Source: Escherichia phage vB_ESM-pEJ01. Taken from it: a stretch of 64,000 nt of DNA. The notes beneath the pieces were generated by a model. The model was not told the origin of the DNA and searched no databases. It was given only the letters and a program-made list of their open reading frames with translations. The number at the start of each line of letters is the position of its first letter. Positions within the stretch are counted from its first letter, which is position 1. Made by a program: the position numbers and the translations under genes. Where the stretch lies: sequence record OP114734.1; one strand, 5' to 3'. Positions 59,727 to 64,000 of this stretch are shown here, in pieces.

Positions 59727-60038
59727 TTAAAGTTTTTCCATGATAACGGTCATAATTACATCTTCTGCGCGAGCGGTCAGATTATCGGCGTCAGCATGTG
59801 GGCGGTTGGTTGTTACAGAGATAACACCGTTGCGCACTGGTTTAATATTGATATCAAGATGGTCCGCGAAACGTTCGCCAGTTACAGAATGAATTTTGGT
59901 GTTAAATTCTTTTGCCAGTGCCTTGCGAACTTCACGAATCAGGGTAGCGTTTTTCAGTTGGTTCTCCGCGCTCATGGTCTTCTGGGTGTTCATGGTTCCG
60001 TCGAAGTCAATCATTGGCAGCGTTACGATGTATTTCAT
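59727..60038 (-). CDS. hypothetical protein (103 aa), paralog of 56154-56441
   Basis: RBS GGAGAA downstream of PeSL unit 11; shared REVRKALAKEFNTK region. Confidence 0.55.
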   Translation of the reverse strand: MKYIVTLPMIDFDGTMNTQKTMSAENQLKNATLIREVRKALAKEFNTKIHSVTGERFADHLDINIKPVRNGVISVTTNRPHADADNLTARAEDVIMTVIMEKL

Positions 60039-60083
60039 TTTTGATTCTCCGTTTAAGAAAGTATGTTTCGTTTTGATGTGTGT

Positions 60084-60112
60084 AGTATAGGGGATATGTG
60101 ATCCCCTGTCAA
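60084..60112 (-). promoter_or_regulatory. PeSL-like early promoter unit 11 (TTGACA-N17-TATACT)
   Basis: palindromic spacer GGGGATCACATATCCCC. Confidence 0.55.
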
Positions 60113-60125
60113 CAACTTTTTTGAA

Positions 60126-60602
60126 TTATTTTTCTTGATGCTCGCGCTCGTACTTTTCGAAATAAAATTCTACTGGCTGGTCATGAATTGACAGCAAGCC
60201 AAAGCGTTTAGCCGCTCGCAATCCCATATTGCGCTGAATGTACTTCTGGAAGTTCTCGCGTATACACTTACGCCAGTATTCTAAGCCCATACAGCTTTTA
60301 TAAAGATTGCATTGCACACACGCCGGATTCATGTTATCAAGTATATCATGTTCCGGTTTATGCATTCCTACAACCTTATACTTCCACGATCCATCATCAT
60401 TACGGGCAATTCGTCCATTTTCATCATAGACTACCTTTGAGCGTCGCAATACTGGTTTGATGTGGTCTGCGTGCCAGCGATCCCCTAGTTCCTCGCCACA
60501 ATAGGCACAACGTCCACCGTATTTCATTTTCAGGATCTGGCGTTGCTCTTTCTTTGACAATTTTTTAGGTTTAGGGGCTTTCGCCCCTTCATTATCACAC
60601 AT
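60126..60602 (-). CDS. HNH endonuclease-family protein
   Basis: C-x2-C...H-A-D-H...C-x2-C (CAYCGEE, WHADHIKP, CVQCN); ATG overlaps the ligase stop by 8 nt. Confidence 0.7.
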   Translation of the reverse strand: MCDNEGAKAPKPKKLSKKEQRQILKMKYGGRCAYCGEELGDRWHADHIKPVLRRSKVVYDENGRIARNDDGSWKYKVVGMHKPEHDILDNMNPACVQCNLYKSCMGLEYWRKCIRENFQKYIQRNMGLRAAKRFGLLSIHDQPVEFYFEKYEREHQEK

Positions 60603-62091
60603 CGAATACCTCTTTTACTGTATTTGCAGTGGTCTTGTCGTAGCGAATACGTTTGATGATTGGGAGAAATAAAGAGAACTCCGGTTCATCTTCTTTACGT
60701 GATTTGCTGCGGATATACCCGTTGCATGTCATCTCAATGACTTTTCCGATCAGGTTATGCCGATCAGCCCATAACATTTCTCGGTCAAGTTCATTTCGAC
60801 GATCGAACGGAATTACACGTTCAATACCATCATCACATTTTTCGGTTGTAGTGTCGGTTAATCCCGATCCGGTGTTAGTCATCATTCGTCCGCACGCACT
60901 ACGGACAGTAAAACCGCCTACCTTATTAGGATCTTTACTATGCGGATATACATCAACAATTTCAGCGTCGAAGTCAATCACTTCTTTAAATTTAACCTGG
61001 TCTTTACTACGGCGATCTTCAAATACACCATGTAAATTTTTAAGGATAATACCTTCTAAGCCCATGTTTACATAGCGATGATATACTTCGCGAGCTTCAT
61101 CGATATTGTTAACTACAGTGTTTTCGATTATCTGAACACGAGGATCGTTAAGTTCTTCAACAATCTGTTTTAGTTCTTCGAATCGATCTTTATATTGCTT
61201 AGTTGCTTTCTCGTTTCCGTAATACACATCACGGTCGATAACATCCCAGACAGTATAAACAATACATTGGGCTTCTTCTTTTGGAATAGTTCCTTTAAGT
61301 GATTTGTTGAGGATACCATTTCCGGTCTGACGATCTGCAACAACGGATTCTTTCACTGCTTCCGCTACTGGCGTTAATGGCATTTCCTCTTCTTCAAATA
61401 TCCATGACAGAGTACCATCATAAACGCTTTCAACGAAGTTCTGCGCTGGTGTTTGCGAAAGGGTAGGCATATATACCAATTCGCCATCTAGAACAATTCC
61501 ACGGCCTCGTAGACGCTCTAAAACCGCAAACAAATCATCAAGTCCCTGATAGGTATTACCTGAACGGGTATAGATTGCTAATGTTTCCCCGTCAATATCA
61601 GCCATACCACGAGCGCCATCGCTTTTAAGTTGTGCATACGCCGGATACTTGATATTAGCAATAGTCTTATCAGAACATGACGATGCAAGGTGGCACGGCT
61701 GCTGGGGGATCAGTTTCTTCCATACCTTGTTTGCAGTGGTAGCGGAACAACCGCATTCCAGATCACGATTCAGGACCATCATTGCAACTTTAGCATCATC
61801 TTCTGACAAGCAAGTCAGAGTATCGGTAACTAGCTGTAATGCTGCGTTACCAGTTACTTGACGCGTGGCAAGTTTATTTTTAAAGACCTGTAATGCACCG
61901 GATAAAGACAATACAGACGAATAACGCGATGGTTTATCGTATTTCTTTACGCCAAACGTAACCTGTTTGCAATATGCCAGATAAAAGCATTCTTTCAGAG
62001 TTTCATTGCTTGCGGATTCTTTCAGGATCTTTTCTTTCAGCGATGTTTTGTCGGTCGCTGCAAGCTGGTTAATGATATTAAGAATTGACAT
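60595..62091 (-). CDS. 30: ATP-dependent DNA ligase gp30
   Basis: start moved to ATG at 62091 (RBS GAGGTG; track used GTG); adenylation motif KSDGAR, RDLECG and LASS motifs match T4 DNA ligase. Confidence 0.9.
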   Translation of the reverse strand: MSILNIINQLAATDKTSLKEKILKESASNETLKECFYLAYCKQVTFGVKKYDKPSRYSSVLSLSGALQVFKNKLATRQVTGNAALQLVTDTLTCLSEDDAKVAMMVLNRDLECGCSATTANKVWKKLIPQQPCHLASSCSDKTIANIKYPAYAQLKSDGARGMADIDGETLAIYTRSGNTYQGLDDLFAVLERLRGRGIVLDGELVYMPTLSQTPAQNFVESVYDGTLSWIFEEEEMPLTPVAEAVKESVVADRQTGNGILNKSLKGTIPKEEAQCIVYTVWDVIDRDVYYGNEKATKQYKDRFEELKQIVEELNDPRVQIIENTVVNNIDEAREVYHRYVNMGLEGIILKNLHGVFEDRRSKDQVKFKEVIDFDAEIVDVYPHSKDPNKVGGFTVRSACGRMMTNTGSGLTDTTTEKCDDGIERVIPFDRRNELDREMLWADRHNLIGKVIEMTCNGYIRSKSRKEDEPEFSLFLPIIKRIRYDKTTANTVKEVFDV

Positions 62092-62557
62092 TTTCACCTC
62101 GTTTTGTTAAACGTTCACGAATATCATTGAGGATACTACAAAATTCCGATTCAGTCAATATAGTCTTTAACGGATCAGTTCCACCTATGCTATGACGTAA
62201 TTTCTTATTTCCGGTAGCGAGTAATGCTTTACAAAATTCTGGGTTATTCCGTGCCATCGTAACAAATGCCAGATGTACCAGTCTGTAATAATGCTCACTC
62301 ATTCGATGAATCTGGCGACCCTGAAAATATAACAGGTGATTCTCAATCTTTTCAGTTCTTCCGGTTCTTTTTGCTTTGCCACCGTGCATCAAAAAGATTT
62401 CTCTTTGTCTCTGGGGGTTCTTAAATCTTAGCCCCTGTAAAAATCCTTCTGTGCTGTTAATATCGCAACCAAATAAACGGAATGGTCTTTTATTGAAATT
62501 ACTCAATTCACCCGATGGATAAGGTCCACCCGCATAGATATCAATTTCAGAAGTCAT
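62078..62557 (-). CDS. NADAR (YbiA-like, DUF1768) domain protein
   Basis: IYAGGPYPSGELSNF, STEGFLQGLRF and ALLATG parallel the E. coli YbiA motifs (FSNF, TSEHYFQAQKF, ALLLAT); stop overlaps the ligase start. Confidence 0.75.
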   Translation of the reverse strand: MTSEIDIYAGGPYPSGELSNFNKRPFRLFGCDINSTEGFLQGLRFKNPQRQREIFLMHGGKAKRTGRTEKIENHLLYFQGRQIHRMSEHYYRLVHLAFVTMARNNPEFCKALLATGNKKLRHSIGGTDPLKTILTESEFCSILNDIRERLTKRGENVNS

Positions 62558-62710
62558 TGAAACTAATCTCGCTAATTAGAGAGAACGGATCATAATCGTC
62601 ATTAGGAATATCGATAGTAATCGAATGAGGATTTACCCATACACCAAACTGGCCTTCTTCGGTGAATACTTCGGTATGGATTTCGTGGATGTTTACATTC
62701 ATAGTTTTCA
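62551..62710 (-). CDS. possible small protein (53 aa)
   Basis: manually found ORF MKTMNVNIHEIH...; overlaps the NADAR start by 7 nt; weak support. Confidence 0.3.
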
Positions 62711-62794
62711 TAATAAAATTTCCTTAATAATCAATAACTTACAAAATCATATAGCCAAAATATAGGCGGGATTATTTCCCGCCGTTTAAAATCA

Positions 62795-63118
62795 TTAACC
62801 GTAAACTACCACAATATTCTGTTTGTGTGTTACAGTCCATTTCAGGTCGATCTCTTCTTCCTTCTTAACGCCGTTAATAACGTCTGGATGAGGAACTTTA
62901 TTAAGTTTCCCATGAGGAAGCAATACAGTCTTGCCCAGCAATTCTTTATCAACGTTATCACCGATATCAATAATTTTACCGACTAAAGGAATCTCTCCCA
63001 TAGTTCTTTTTTGCTCGATGATAATACCAAAATCGCTCTTTACTTCTGTCCCTGCGCTTTCCGCTTTAGCTTCAATGATCACATAGTCACCAAGTGCTTT
63101 AGGAGTTTTAACGGTCAT
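62795..63118 (-). CDS. 31: GroES-like co-chaperonin gp31
   Basis: 107 aa; GDYVII...GE.P...NVPHP pattern matches T4 gp31 (GEYVIL...NVPHP). Confidence 0.75.
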   Translation of the reverse strand: MTVKTPKALGDYVIIEAKAESAGTEVKSDFGIIIEQKRTMGEIPLVGKIIDIGDNVDKELLGKTVLLPHGKLNKVPHPDVINGVKKEEEIDLKWTVTHKQNIVVVYG

Positions 63119-63154
63119 AATTTTCTTACCTCTTCAATTCATCTCAATAGTAAA

Positions 63155-63766
63155 TTATTTATATTTCGCGACCTTTGGATTTCGCCGCAGACCGGAATGT
63201 ATTTGCGCTATACAACAATAAGAAACATTAAACATATCAGCTATAATTTGCTTCTTAACTTTTCCTTTAAGCCGCATTATTTCTTCGACTTGCGCATTTG
63301 TCAGTTTTGCCCGTGAGTGGTTTTCACCGACATTGTTATTGAGTCCAGTTCTAAATGAATGTCTCATATTTTCTAGTAAGGTTACTATTTCTAGATTCCA
63401 CACATAATTGCAGGTTTTTACACCATTGATGTGATTAACCTCAAGTCCGGTAACGTCTCCTAGAAATGCATTTGCTACAAGTCGATGTATCTTTTCGGCT
63501 TTAACTGAGATTTTACCATTGTCGTTTTGTTTTGACAATGTTGAATAATAATATCCATATCGGTCTAAAATTGGTTTTATTATTTTACCAGCACGTTTTT
63601 GTTTTACGAGCTTAATATTACCGGGAGAAACTTCTCTATAAAATTCGATACTTCGGTCAATAGATCTCAACCTACCATAATTAGAGATTTCATACCACGG
63701 ATAACCTACAGCTTGTCTCCATTCTTCCGGTGCTGGTAATATGATATTATCATCTTTTGTTTCCAT
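63155..63766 (-). CDS. HNH homing endonuclease (NUMOD4 / HNH / C-terminal HTH)
   Basis: WYEISNYGRLRS (NUMOD4-like), HRLVANAFLG...EVNHINGVKT (HNH), C-terminal helix-turn-helix-like NVSYCCIAQIHSG; start moved to ATG at 63766 (track used TTG). Confidence 0.75.
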   Translation of the reverse strand: METKDDNIILPAPEEWRQAVGYPWYEISNYGRLRSIDRSIEFYREVSPGNIKLVKQKRAGKIIKPILDRYGYYYSTLSKQNDNGKISVKAEKIHRLVANAFLGDVTGLEVNHINGVKTCNYVWNLEIVTLLENMRHSFRTGLNNNVGENHSRAKLTNAQVEEIMRLKGKVKKQIIADMFNVSYCCIAQIHSGLRRNPKVAKYK

Positions 63767-63768
63767 TG

Positions 63769-64000
63769 TCAACTGCCACCGTGAATTTCGACGATCTGCG
63801 CTGGAGTCAGCCCGTCCACATTAATCAGACTATCAAGCCCAAAACTACGGAAACCTTCAACTGCAATTTCATATACTGGCAAAGATGTTTCTGATTCTTT
63901 ACGCGGTTTTTCAACATTCGGAACTAACCACTTTTCGTATGTTTCGAAAGGCATCAGTGCCGGATCTCGCGTGGCGATCATATCTCGGACAGTACCATCT
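63769..64000 (-). CDS. partial CDS (C-terminal part; 5' end lies beyond the window)
   Basis: reading frame stays open to the window edge; identity not recognised. Confidence 0.4.
   Translation of the reverse strand, partial: DGTVRDMIATRDPALMPFETYEKWLVPNVEKPRKESETSLPVYEIAVEGFRSFGLDSLINVDGLTPAQIVEIHGGS

Noticed and set aside
52860-60115. CRISPR array as the explanation for the repeated ~40-nt elements
   Set aside because: Units are irregularly spaced (170 bp to 2 kb), the intervening sequences are protein-coding with ribosome-binding sites, and each repeat contains -35/-10 hexamers; they are promoter cassettes.
60595-62097. Track start codons that extend several genes upstream (ligase at 62097, uvsW at 39382, gene 15 at 21746, gene 24 at 33653, small ORFs 55796-56251, 56523-56891, 56816-57205, 58083-58331, 58321-58680, 58885-59277, 52622-52903, 63155-63772)
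   Set aside because: The extended starts are GTG/TTG or lack a Shine-Dalgarno and often overlap the upstream promoter cassette; a downstream ATG with a good RBS, and in several cases a match to the T4 N-terminus, fits better.

Overview
This window is a T4-like (Tevenvirinae-type) myovirus genome segment. Calls rest on my reading of the translated ORFs, motifs I recognise from T4 proteins, and T4 gene order; no database search or computation was run. Layout: (1) 1-35 kb is the late structural module on the + strand (genes 2, 4, 53, 5, 5.4, 6-12, wac, 13-24), with T4-type late promoters (TATAAATA) and hairpin terminators. (2) 35-49 kb holds hoc, an inh-like gene, uvsW/uvsW.1, uvsY and baseplate hub genes 25, 26, 51, 27, 28, 29, 48, 54. 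(3) 49-64 kb is an early accessory region on the - strand: two Alt-type ADP-ribosyltransferases, a lipoprotein, about 25 small ORFs, DNA ligase (30), a NADAR protein, gp31 and two HNH endonucleases. The small ORFs are punctuated by at least 11 repeated promoter-hairpin-leader cassettes (PeSL-like). The strongest candidate for an undescribed system is a translationally coupled four-gene operon (52908-54721): small protein, compact C5-cytosine methyltransferase-like core, Zn-ribbon protein, DUF262/ParB-like protein. Other accessory insertions are a gamma-class N6-adenine methyltransferase cassette between genes 8 and 9, a DprA/SLOG-like protein next to gene 24, and a tandem family of ~90-100 aa paralogs with an H-x-H-W / VIAVDV motif. 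Several track ORF starts were moved to a downstream ATG with a Shine-Dalgarno; promoter and terminator coordinates are approximate.
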